From NCBI RefSeq assembly GCF_001194135.2, contig NC_068994.1:26814632-26878631 (forward strand): a DNA stretch of 64,000 nt, read 5' to 3'. The notes under the pieces were generated by a model that saw only the letters and a list, made by a program, of their open reading frames with translations, was not told the DNA's origin and did no database searches. The translations under genes were made by a program, and so were the position numbers. Shown here in pieces: positions 37,371-49,274 of this stretch. This DNA comes from Octopus bimaculoides. Lineage: Eukaryota. Position 1 is the stretch's first letter. Each line of letters opens with the position of its first letter.

Positions 37371-38035
37371 TAAANNNNNNNNNNNNNNNNNNNNNNNNNN
37401 NNNNNNNNNNNNNNNNNNNNNNNNNNNNNNNNNNNNNNNNNNNNNNNNNNNNNNNNNNNNNNNNNNNNNNNNNNNNNNNNNNNNNNNNNNNNNNNNNNNN
37501 NNNNNNNNNNNNNNAATAAAACATTCACTTTTGCATGCTCACATGGATCAGATAAATTTTGTATAGCCCGATGCCCTTTCTATTTCCAAGGCCTGCCTCT
37601 TTCCAAGTAAGGTAATATTTCACCATGCCCAAACATGATTATGTAGAAGATTGAAAACAAAGAACACCTCTTGCATAAGAGTGACTATTGCTCAGTATCA
37701 GCACAATGAGACAATAAAATGCACATATACACACACACATAAATACCTTTACATATACACACATATGCAATTATATATATGTCATATCTATATATATATA
37801 TTCTCAAATATTCTGAAAAATATACCTATATCAAAAACTATATATCATATAAAATATCTACAAAGGAAAAATATGAATTTTCCAAATTATATGAGGGATT
37901 GGATTTACAAATTCTCAAAGGACAGTATATATTTTTAATATTCTTAATATTTTCTAATATTATAATTAATATCATCCTATAGTATATTTTATTATGTATA
38001 CCATTCGTTTTCACATATATAATAATAACTTTATA

Positions 38036-38126
38036 CATCTCTGAAGAGTGGAATTATTGCCAATATGCTTGTCTATATTAGATTACATTATAAAGGCAAT
38101 AATATCCGTGAAACGATCGTAAGATG
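38036..38126 (+). ncRNA. Minimal (Penelope-type) hammerhead ribozyme with intact catalytic core
   Basis: CATCT-CTGAAGA-GTGGAATTATTGCC...GGCAATAATATCCGT-GAAACGATCGTA|AGATG: stem I 5/5 pairs, core CUGAAGA and GAAA, palindromic stem III, GUA cleavage after 38121. Confidence 0.85.
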
Positions 38127-39329
38127 CAATTTAGACTTTCATAATATTTTAATCGAATTATATTTATACTCACTTACGCATACTTTTTTATATACATTTA
38201 TATTTTTTATATTCATTTATATTTTTTATATACATTTATATTTTGTATATCTTTAATTTTCTTTAATTTCAATTTAATTATTATTCAAAATGATTATTGT
38301 GTCATATAAAACATATATCTTTCAGAAATTCGAATAGTGATTTCCTGAGAATACTGTTAATAATTTTATTAATAATATAAATATATATATATATAATTAT
38401 TATAAAATCTGGTAATTAGTCATATATTAATTAATATCGATTAATTATCAGGAGNNNNNNNNNNNNNNNNNNNNNNNNNNNNNNNNNNNNNNNNNNNNNN
38501 NNNNNNNNNNNNNNNNNNNNNNNNNNNNNNNNNNNNNNNNNNNNNNNNNNNNNNNNNNNNNNNNNNNNNNNNNNNNNNNNNNNNNNNNNNNNNNNNNNNN
38601 NNNNNNNNNNNNNNNNNNNNNNNNNNNNNNNNNNNNNNNNNNNNNNNNNNNNNNNNNNNNNNNNNNNNNNNNNNNNNNNNNNNNNNNNNNNNNNNNNNNN
38701 NNNNNNNNNNNNNNNNNNNNNNNNNNNNNNNNNNNNNNNNNNNNNNNNNNNNNNNNNNNNNNNNNNNNNNNNNNNNNNNNNNNNNNNNNNNNNNNNNNNN
38801 NNNNNNNNNNNNNNNNNNNNNNNNNNNNNNNNNNNNNNNNNNNNNNNNNNNNNNNNNNNNNNNNNNNNNNNNNNNNNNNNNNNNNNNNNNNNNATATATA
38901 AGACAGGCTTCTTTGATAAATGTTACATGAGCATGCGTGTGTGTGTGTGTGTGTGTGTGTGTAATCAATTACATAAATATAATTTATGATAAAAATTTAG
39001 TATCATTTTGATTAAAAATCTCATTACAGTTCACTTGCATCTAGTATCTCTAACTGTCAGTCATTCCCACTCCATTTGTTGTTTTAGTTTCTCTCACTTC
39101 AAATGCAAACAACAAACTGAACAACTAAGTAAAGACATTGTTATAGCAAGAGAATGGAAACATTGAGACAAATGCAAAAAAAATAAAGAGAACAACTCTA
39201 GCTCATGCTGAATGATTTATAGAAAGTATAAATCTTATAAATGGGATCAAATCCAACAGCTTCAAACACTAAAGTGTTACTCACAAAAAAAAAAGTATTT
39301 ATAGACATATAGCATATTATATGTATATA

Positions 39330-39650
39330 TGGATATTATTATCCATGTCCCTTTTACTCCATCATGTTGGGTGTTAGCTATGAAAGGGCTTTCGTTGTCA
39401 ATACCTTACTATGTCATTCTGCTGTTCTTTCAGTTTAGTCTTCAGTTGTGTTGTTATAACAATTTGTGTTACCATTTCTCCATTCTACTCACACCTGTTT
39501 CTTATCTCAACTCCTCTTTTATATTTCTGCATTTCCCTGAAAGAGAAAACAGTTTTATTTTTCTTGTAACTATGTCTATTAGTTTCTCTTTATTCTTTAC
39601 TAGATATGTTTATAGTCCAACCATAGATATGTTATTATAGCATTTTAGTT
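39330..39650 (-). mobile_element. R4/Dong-like LINE fragment
   Basis: KTVFSFREMQKYK...KTKLKEQQNDIVRY*QRKPFHS matches the region upstream of the KPLHG motif in this family. Confidence 0.55.
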
Positions 39651-39706
39651 ACAGAAAACACCTATTACTGCTTTGACTATGTATGTGTGTGTATGCATGT
39701 GTGTGT

Positions 39707-39743
<37 letters not shown>

Positions 39744-39919
39744 ATTGATAAATATGATCTTACAGAATAGTTTTTTTGCATCTCAAATACAGTCATTTTT
39801 CTTATTATTTTAAGACTTGAATCTTGCTAATTCCCTTAGCTTCTTGCTGAGAGTAGAATATATCTCTAACTTATTGATGCAGCTCTAGAGTATTCCTGTC
39901 TATTACTTTATATATTTAT

Positions 39920-42900
39920 GTATTTATTATTATTATTTCCATTTTACTTCTCAGAGGTCTCAATTTTACTTACTCTGGTTAATTCCAAAAGAGCAGACAG
40001 CAACATGTTGCCAAAGGTCTCCCAGGTTTCCATGATACTTAACACTCAAATATCAATATCAAAATTTTTGAATTCTTTTGAGTATGTTCGACTTTTAGTC
40101 AATTCCAATTTTTCCAACAAATTTATCAAACCTGCTTGTTAATGCTCCCAATGCCCCCAAAACTACTGGGATGACAGTTCTTCTCTTCATCATCCACATT
40201 CATGCAATTTTGTCATTTGATAGCTTGTACTTTTCGATCTTTTCCTACTTGTGCATTCCCAGGTGTGGCTATATCTGTGATCTTGGTTTCTTCCTTTTGT
40301 CCACTACAACAATGTGTGGTTTCCAAGCATCACTCACTGAGTCACACTGGATTGTAAAATCCCGTAAGATCTTATACTCATTATTCTCAGTGACACTTTC
40401 TGGTTCATGCTCATACCATTTCTGTGTTCTTTCAAGACCATACTTCTCCAGTGAGCAAACTTAGCTTCTTTTTGTATTCCTTTTGGGCTAGCTTGTTACA
40501 CTCACTCACAATATATATGATTGTTTCATTTTTGCTGTCACACATCCTACAAAGGCGTGATTTACTGTTCTTGTCTATTTTGAGTTTGGTGTAATTAGTT
40601 CTCAGAGCTTGTTCTTGAGCATTGCATATCAATGGAAGACTCAAAATAAGCAATCCTCAATCAAAATTACTTTCATTTAATAATATATATATATATACAT
40701 ACAACTCTTCCACCAAGTTCCACAAAATATTTCATCCACACCGCTATACTTATTTCTATGAGATTATCTGTTGCCATTCTCTGCTTCATAACTACCAAAT
40801 GAGAGGTATCACTGACTTGAATTTTGAAAAGCCCTTTTGTTGAGTATCAATTTGTCAAAAAAGTTTTATTTATAACAGTATTAACAAATGGAATATTTTG
40901 CCATGAAAGTTAAAAAACATTTTTCCGCTGTCAAATTTCAAAAAATTACTAAAATCCGACCTTCTGCTGAACCAAACACATTTATAAACTTTATTTTATA
41001 GACCTACAATATTTATAACATTTGTAATATTTTATATTACCAGACTTAAAGAGATTTACTTTTTATATACGTTTTTGACTGCCTTGCTAAGGAAGTTTCT
41101 TTTTTTATAATTATTGACCTATTTATTTTTTATTTTTTGACCTCCTACCAACTTGCCCAAATCAGCAAAGCTGCCAAAGGGCTTAATCCGATTTTTTATG
41201 CAATTTCTGAAAAAAATTTTTGTAATCTTTTCTTATTGTAATCTATAAAGAAAAATATTCAATGTGAATTGGATTAATAATAATGATTATTAAAAAAATG
41301 CCTCAGTGCATCCTTTCAGATCACTTTTCCTTAGTCACTTCCAGGTATTGGTCTCACTTTCCCTTCCATTTCTTTGAGATTTATTTTTATTTTCCAGTAG
41401 TTTAATCTTTTCTCCATTTTGTTTTTTAAATGTTTTTGGGTGTGTCACATTTTCACTTGGTACCGTGTTTCTATTTCTAACAGCAACAACCAAAAGTTCA
41501 ATCTTCTGTTTGATGTACCATCCCAGACTGTTTTCCTCATTGATATCACAGATCTTGCATCCTGTGAGACCTCTTCCTACCTTGTATCACATGCAGTCTA
41601 TTGATATCACTTTTAGGATGCAGTTCTTTGTTCATTGTCATAATTTTCCTAGTTTTTCTATCCTTTTCCTCAAGTTGTTTTTTGTCCACCTAACAACACC
41701 TGTACTGTATTGTATTAAGGAGACAGCCCATGCATTCATTGCCCTGATCTTGTCCCTGCCATTGAGTCTACTATCCATAATTAATTTGGATCTCCTGAGG
41801 TATTCCCATGTAAAGCTTTCCTTCATCTTACTCCCCTTGATTTTGTCATACTTACCCCAACATCTTTGATTCTCTCACTATTAGGTAGTTCTACATCATC
41901 AGATGACACCACTTTGATTTTTTTTTATAAGAATACTACACTTTTTAATCTCAAATTCCATCCTGATATACTTACTGAATATCTGTACTGTTGAAACCAG
42001 ACCATTTATTTCATGTTCACACTTGCCGAAGATCTTTTAAGTCATCTATATATAAGAGGTGATTTAACCTTTCTCCATTTTTCAAGGTGCACTCCGATGT
42101 CACTTTCCATGATATCTGTGCGAAGAGTTTCAAAAAAATCAGAAACAGCAACAGTGACAGACTATCTCCTTGAAATATGCCTCTTGATGTAACCTTTACA
42201 AAATATTCTCCACATGATGTTAATTCTTTACACCAGGTCTTGTTGATCTCTTCCTAAAATTTAAAATGTTATCATGCACCTGTACCAACTCAAGACTTTC
42301 TGAAATCCAGGAATGACGGCGCCATGTCATAAGCTTTCTTATAACCCCAGATTAGTATATCTTTTCTTACAGTTGTTCAGAACCATTCTGTTTATCAGAA
42401 GTTGATCCTTTGTCCCTCTGCTTTTCCTCCTGCATCACTTCTATTCCACTGGCAGCTTGGCATTCATTTCCAAGAAGTCATATACACAGTTAAATGTTAT
42501 TCCTGTCATCAAATTCCACATCAAGGGGAGGCAGGAGATTGACTAGTAATTATCCACAGCATTATCTTAACTAGGTTCATTTTGGCAGAAAACCTTTGTA
42601 CCTGTGGTCATCTACTTTGGAAATTCCACCTCATTGTTGATCATTTTAGCCATTTGCTCAGCTATTCTTTTGTGTACTGCTTTGAAATTGTTCAGCCCAT
42701 ACCCTTGTACTGTATCTGAGTTTGGATATCTTCAGTTTGGAACCTTTGTTGCCTGGTTAGTCACCATTTCAGTTGTTATTCTTATACTGTTCTGTTTCAT
42801 TTCATTTTTATTCGATCTTAATTCCTTCAACCATTCACCATTTTTCTTATGATTTCTTCACAGATGTTACTCCAAAACCTCCTGCTGTTCAGCCGATGAT

Positions 42901-43450
42901 AAATCCTTCTCTGATTCAGTTGGAACAATCTGTTGATTCTATTCAATTCTTTGATCATATCTATTGATTTTTGTAGCTTTAGCCTGCAATTTTTGTTTCA
43001 GATCATCATTATCATTGTTTCTTCTTCTTCTTCTTCTTCTTCTTCTTCTTCTTCTTCTTCTTCTTCTTCTTCTTCTCCACCCCCTTCCCTCCTCCTCCTC
43101 CTCCTCTGAACACTGCAATAGGTGGAAGTTCTACTTTAACAATATTTAGAGAGCTAGTGGTGGATAAGAATGATGATATTGTTGGGGAAACTCTTGGCAT
43201 TGACAAGGTTGAATTAGCTGGTCTGTTCTGTAGAACTTGAAATCCAAGGACTCCTATGGATAACTTTTAGAAATCTTTGGTCAAGCAGCACTACTGAGAG
43301 GCACTACTAGTTAAAAATAAGCTCTACAAGCATGGAAGTACCACCAAGCAGCACTGTCAAAGATGCATGCAGAGTGATAAAATCATGTAGCATGCAGTAA
43401 TGTAGTGTCCCAGCATTGTTGACTTGTGGAGTTATGTTGCATGTAGGATG
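39920..43450 (-). mobile_element. Near full-length R4/Dong-like LINE relic, interrupted by a nested insert
   Basis: [30 protein letters not shown]|LICNAQEQALRTN, CRMC...ETI..IVSEC, ILRDFTIQCD, VIPVVLGALG; (CTT)n expansion at ~43020. Confidence 0.9.
40635..41296 (+). mobile_element. Nested 5'-truncated L2/CR1-group LINE end with AATG duplication
   Basis: HNYQMRG...KSFIYNSINKWNILP*KLKNIFPLSNFKKLLKSDLL, AT-rich UTR, TAA/A tail; AATG at 40631-40634 and 41297-41300. Confidence 0.75.
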
Positions 43451-45129
43451 GATATTGCTATCAGCTGAATACATACTGTAGATAATCTTGCAAGTATTTT
43501 AACATGGCATCCTATATCTTCTCACTTTTAGAATTTCCAGCTTATTCTTAGGATTTTCGCAATTTCTGTTGTTATTTCTTCTTTTTCCTCATAATTAGAT
43601 ATTCTTGCAGCCTCTATATTTGTATTTGTCTTGGACAGAGAAAACCAGTTTTGCTTGCTTTGGTGCTATCTTATTAATTTTCCATTATTCTTTATCTGAT
43701 TACTTTGGTAGTTTTACAATGGGTAATAAGTTTTCTACTACCCTGCGTTTGTGATAAATATAATCTTTCTCTGTTAGATTTTGGGTAGTGTATTCTAAAT
43801 GTAGTTAATATTTTCTTCCGTTATATATAGTGTTGCTATGTCCAACTGAGAATTGCATAACCATGTATCATTACTGAGATAGCTACAGTACTGGTGTCTC
43901 TTAGTTTACTTTTTGCATTTAACTCTGTTTTAACTTTTAAATTCCTGCAGTGATCTCTATCCTGTTAGAAACTAGAGATTTTGATGAAAATACAGTTAGT
44001 CCAGTATAAAAGCATAACTATGGTATAAATTTGAATGAAAGTTGGTGATAGGATGTAATGATTGTTGGTGTACATTGGGAATATATGATTTACCTGTTGT
44101 TATATCATTGTCATCTGTAGAATATAGTTAAGTCAATTACAGGTAAATGTTTTTACATATATTTAAGATATTGATTTCTAGGCATCATTTTCCTATCTTG
44201 GAACTGAATTTGTGCTCAGAATTCTCTGTAACTTGAAAACTGCACAACTTCCATTAGCAAAAGTATTCAGAGATACACTCTCCTCTTTTCTATTGATGTA
44301 ACGAAAGTGACACCATCTTGTTGATGTGCATACCTTGTTGTTTCAGCACACATCTTGGCAAACATTTTCTTCAGGAAAATGTTAGAAAAAATGCTTAGTA
44401 AGTTTTACTTCTAAGTTCAACTATTTTGTAAGGCTCACATTACTAATAATGGAAACATCACCTTGTGTGCATTGGGAGCATGAAATGATTTGTAATAAAT
44501 AGCGATTGACTCTATTCATTGAAATGAACAACTTTTTGACTGTATGTCTGTCTTCCTCAAGTTCAGAATATGCAGAAATACAAAAATTCAAAATTAGAAA
44601 TGAAAATCCTGCATTTCTTTCTGGACGAAATGGCGTCATCAATTTTCACCTGTTCATAACTTGTAGCAAGGAAACAGAAAAAAATGAAGAAAGAAAGAAT
44701 AAAAAAAAAAAAAGAAATAGAACACAGTCAAAAAGTTTTGTGTAAATCTGATGGAATTCCCCTGTCAATTTGTTCATTGCTCCAGGGCATGACATTAGTA
44801 ATTTACAAATATATTTATCCTTATGTGTTTTGAGAACTGAAAATACAATGACTTCAGAATATTTTCTGACAATGAGTACTTTCAGGTGTTCCTCAAATTT
44901 ACAGCTGTTTGATAAAATGTTTGACAAGTTCTGTTGAATTACTGTTATTGTGCCTGACATCATAGCTATGACCACTGAATCTTTATTTGATTTTTCCGTT
45001 GTGCAACCAAGATATATCAAGTTAGGATTGGTGCATTCTGCTGTAAGCACCAAATGGAAATCCTTGCAGGTCCCATCTTCAGTATAAATTATAACATTTC
45101 TGTTATAATTTATGATGGTGTGGACTTAC

Positions 45130-45780
45130 TTTGTTGCACAATGAACAGGGCTTGCCTTGCTTGCAACTGTTTTTAGGGATACAGTATTCAGAAACTCCAA
45201 TGGAGTTTTTATTAAGATAGGGGCTAATATCTGAAGAAATATTTGCTTGAAATAAGGATATTTTTCTGAAATATGTTGGTAACTTTAATGGAACACTTTA
45301 GAAATACCAGCAAAATTTCAGTGTCAGTTAATCACTAAAGGAATACAGTTATAAATTTTACTTCATCTGGTAAAATTAGGAGTGAAAGTTTGATTTTTTT
45401 TTTTTTTGCTAATTTTAGCTATATCATTTGCAATTTCCTTCAGTTGTGATTCACAATTACTTTTGACACAATGGTACACAAAAGTATTTGCATGTTTCTG
45501 ATAACCCTCTATGTCAGTACAAATCTGTTTTATCTTCAGATTTTGGATTTGACTTATTGTCTCATGTGGATGGTTGGAACATGATGTCAGGCACACTAAC
45601 AGTAGGTATCACTATGAATTTTTGAAAATATTTGAATGTAATTTCTACTGTACTTTTTCTTGGAAAGTATACAAAAAGAAACATTTTGATACCTCATTTG
45701 TGAAATTTGGATGAATATTTTAGGAAATAGGACAGGTCAAATGGTCAGTGAATTGGTTGAAATCTTGTCTGATTGCCCTA
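45130..45780 (-). mobile_element. Possible hAT (Charlie-like) transposase C-terminal relic
   Basis: DLSYFLKYSSKF, QLKEIANDI and HISEKYPYFKQIFLQILALS resemble the hAT dimerisation region. Several stops; motif match by eye only. Confidence 0.35.
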
Positions 45781-46545
45781 AATGGTAATTAGCCATATTT
45801 GTGATGTGATATTTTAAAATTTGAGGTGATAAGCATCTCTAAATTACACAAATTAATAGTGTCCATGGTATAACAGTTGCCTTCTCTTTTTCTTTTTTCA
45901 TGTTCTTGAAAGTAAAACTTTTTTTTTTGGCAATATTTATGTAAAGCTTGTATTGTTACATGTAATAAACTGTTGCTTTCATGTTGTTCTCAGACCTAGC
46001 TAAATCGAAAATTACAAACTACACGGACTTGAGTTTTAATATATTTGTAGTAGGTATAGAACTAAATATTTTCTGAGATTTTGGGGCATGATATCATTTC
46101 GATAAAATTTTAATGGACTATTAAAAATGGTTATAAGTTTTGAATCAGGATGACCACATAAGTTGGATTTTCTCCTTTTTGACTGGTATTTTTTCACCAC
46201 AGCCTTGAAAATGATGGGAGAGAGGGAGTGAACATTTTATGAAAAATTTTGTTTTGAAAATTTATGATTTTTTTCACCTGCCCTGTTGACTGATTTTGGC
46301 CAATATTTTTTTTCTACTATACGCTTGAAAACAATGGGAGAAACCTTTACAGAAAAAAAAAATAGAAAATATTTTCAAATGAAAGGTGCCTTATTTAATG
46401 AAGATTTAGCTGTTGTTTCTTGCACATCCCACGACCATCTGTCACCTTTCACAGAATTGTATGCAGACCTAGATTAAAAAACAAACAAAATATGAAAACT
46501 AATTCCTTCATTTAGCATTAGAAATATCTGTAACTTACAACAAAC

Positions 46546-46650
46546 TCGTACTGAAAATCAAGATCGAGCGAGCTTTTGCTCTTTTGCTCGATGTGTGGTT
46601 TCCGTCCACGCTGAGCTTGCCTTGGGACACCTGCGTTACCGTTTGACAGA
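46546..46650 (-). rRNA. Isolated ~105-bp 28S rRNA fragment (pseudogenic)
   Basis: Minus strand CTGTCAAACGGTAACGCAGGTGTCCCAAGGCAAGCTCAG...AAAAGCTCGCTCGATCTTGATTTTCAGTACGA is a conserved LSU segment; no flanking rDNA. Confidence 0.9.
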
Positions 46651-48651
46651 CAAGAGGTAAAAAAGAAAACAATCCAAGCAGCACTTCTTGTGAATATGTA
46701 AACAAACAAAAATAATAAAACAAACCAGCACTACTTGTGAATATATAAACACTACCACAAATTATCTGACTGTATTCAAGATCAAGGGGAAAAAAATCAC
46801 TTCAGACTTTAATAATCTACAAATTATATTCATTGCACAATATAATTTTTATTGATGAAATTTGACCAATATTTCTCAAATGAAAATGAAATTTACATGT
46901 ACAAGAATATCTGCTAGGTAAAATTTGGATGTTGCTCTCCACATGTTGTTAAAACAGCAAGAGGGAATAAACAATAGATGATTCCATGCTAATTTTGGAC
47001 TCTAGAAGACTTATGTAGCTCAATTTAGTGCACTTTTCATAGAAATATGTTTACTTAGTAATTAATTTGTCCATTTGAAATTCTTCTCAAGCTCAATATT
47101 TGAAGCCTTGGATTCATGTTCCATTTGACTTCTTGACAAGCAGGAATACATCAGTTTAATAAGTAGCTTTGGTATGCATTAATCCTATATGAGCAACTGT
47201 GGTAGCACTATCCTCTTTATTGACTTTGCACTTTTAGCCACATCATGACCAGATTTGGCAGTGACTGTTTATATTTGTGAGAAATTTTTCTTTCTTATGA
47301 TATAAAAATCTCAAAGAAAATATGTTCTTTTCACTCTTTATAATGGTTATCTGACCTACCTCCATCGATTTCTGTAACAAAATAAAGCAGAAAAAGTCCT
47401 CTCCAGGACTGTGTGATTTTCAGCACAAATCAACTTACAATGCCTCAGTGCATTGAAGTAGAATGAAAGCTGTCATCTAGCAGTCAAAAATATAAAAACT
47501 GGACAAAGTTTGTGAATGGGTGGAAATATGATGATTGAGGGGCACTGGCACGATATGTAAGTGTCAGATTTTGATCAAAACTATATGAGAAGAAAGAACT
47601 TTCTAATGATATATAATTTTCCACTGAAAAAAAAATATTTTGACATGAAAATGATCAAGCAAAGAGTGTGTGTTTCTGCATGGTCAAACTGTGCTTGTCT
47701 TCCTTCTACAGTGCTCTATAGTGATAACAGTGATACCTAATAACAGTAATTTGATGAAACTTGTTGAACATTTTCTGAAATGGTTGTAAATTTGAGGAAT
47801 ACCTGAAAGTATACATTCTCAGAAAATATTCTGTTACCACTGTACTTTCAGTCCTCAAACCACACGAGACTAAATATATTTGTGAATTACTAATGTCACT
47901 CCTTGGGGGAATGAACAAAATGGTAGAATTCCATCACATTTACACAAAACTGTTTGACTAAGTGTTCTCTTTCCTGTTTTCTATGTTCTTCTTACTTTCT
48001 TCTTTTCTCTTTCTTTTCTTTGTTACCAGTTGTGAACAAGTGAAAATTAAAGACATCACTTTGTCTAGAGAGGAATACAAGCTATTCCACTTCAAATTTT
48101 GAATTACTATATTCTGTATATCCTTCATTTTGAACCCAGGGAAGACAGACATACAGTTGAGATTTTGTTCAATTCAATAAACAGAGTCAATCTGTATTTA
48201 TTACATATCATATTGTCCTCTTCCTCCTCATCTTCTCCCTCTTCTCCTTCTCCCTCTTCTCCTTCTTCCTCTTCTCCTTCTCCTTCTTCTTCTTCTTCTT
48301 CTTCTTCTTCTTCTTCTTCTTCTTCCTCTTCCTCCAGTATGGATATAAAATGGTTTTCCATTGTTTTTTTCTTCATGTTAACTGTGAAATTTTAACAAAA
48401 GGTTCGTGTCAGATAGTAGCTTTCTAACATGAGTTATTCTAAGGAGGAAAGATTTTAGGAGTACTTGCATATTTGCCTTGATATTCAGCTGTTCCAGGTA
48501 GTATAATTTTTTTTTTTTTTACTTTATGATTGAACCTAATGCTTCAAGGATAACTGGTACAACTTTCACTTTTGTTTCTGGATATCTCTACTTTTAAATC
48601 TTTTGAGTTTCTCTCTACTTACTTGTCTGCACTATATATATATATATATAT

Positions 48652-49231
48652 ATATAGCAATAAGAAAATGGAGGGGATTAATAGATGGTATTCATCAACT
48701 TGCAGACATTGTATTGTGTCAGTTTACTTGTTTATTTGTTTACTAAAAGGACAATAATAACAATATACAAACACATGTGACATATTACGTCATATCAGTA
48801 ATTATAAAAATGACATAAAGTGACAGAAAATGGGATAATATTTCACAGCTGTTTCAGTCTAGAGGTGACATGCCTCATTCTATATTTATCACTCCAGTAG
48901 ACTGAAGTAATTTATCGATGAAATATATGCATACTTTAACATATACATAGATATACATAAATAAATATAAATACATAAATACATATGTGTACATTTAAAT
49001 GTACATACACAAATATCCATACATGCACACAAATGAATCAGTTATTATTGTTATTATACATGAGGAAGACACACATATATACACACCCACACATACATAC
49101 ATACATATATGTATGTATACATAAACAGTTCCGTACAGACATGTTCATAGGTACATACGCATTAGTTGTGTTTGGAATGGAGGACTGGTGCATTAGTTCG
49201 TATCGTTATAATTCTAACAAAAATGTCCAAA

Positions 49232-49274
<43 letters not shown>

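Noticed and set aside
39493-39536. Minus-strand exon-like segment EMQKYKRGVEIRNR resembling the start of a DEP domain
   Set aside because: Flanking translation (KTVFSFREMQKYK...KLKEQQ...KPFH) matches the R4-like LINE, so the splice signals are probably chance.
40635-41296. Possible NUMT (very AT-rich insert)
   Set aside because: It translates to an L2/CR1-group LINE C-terminus; no mitochondrial gene motif found.
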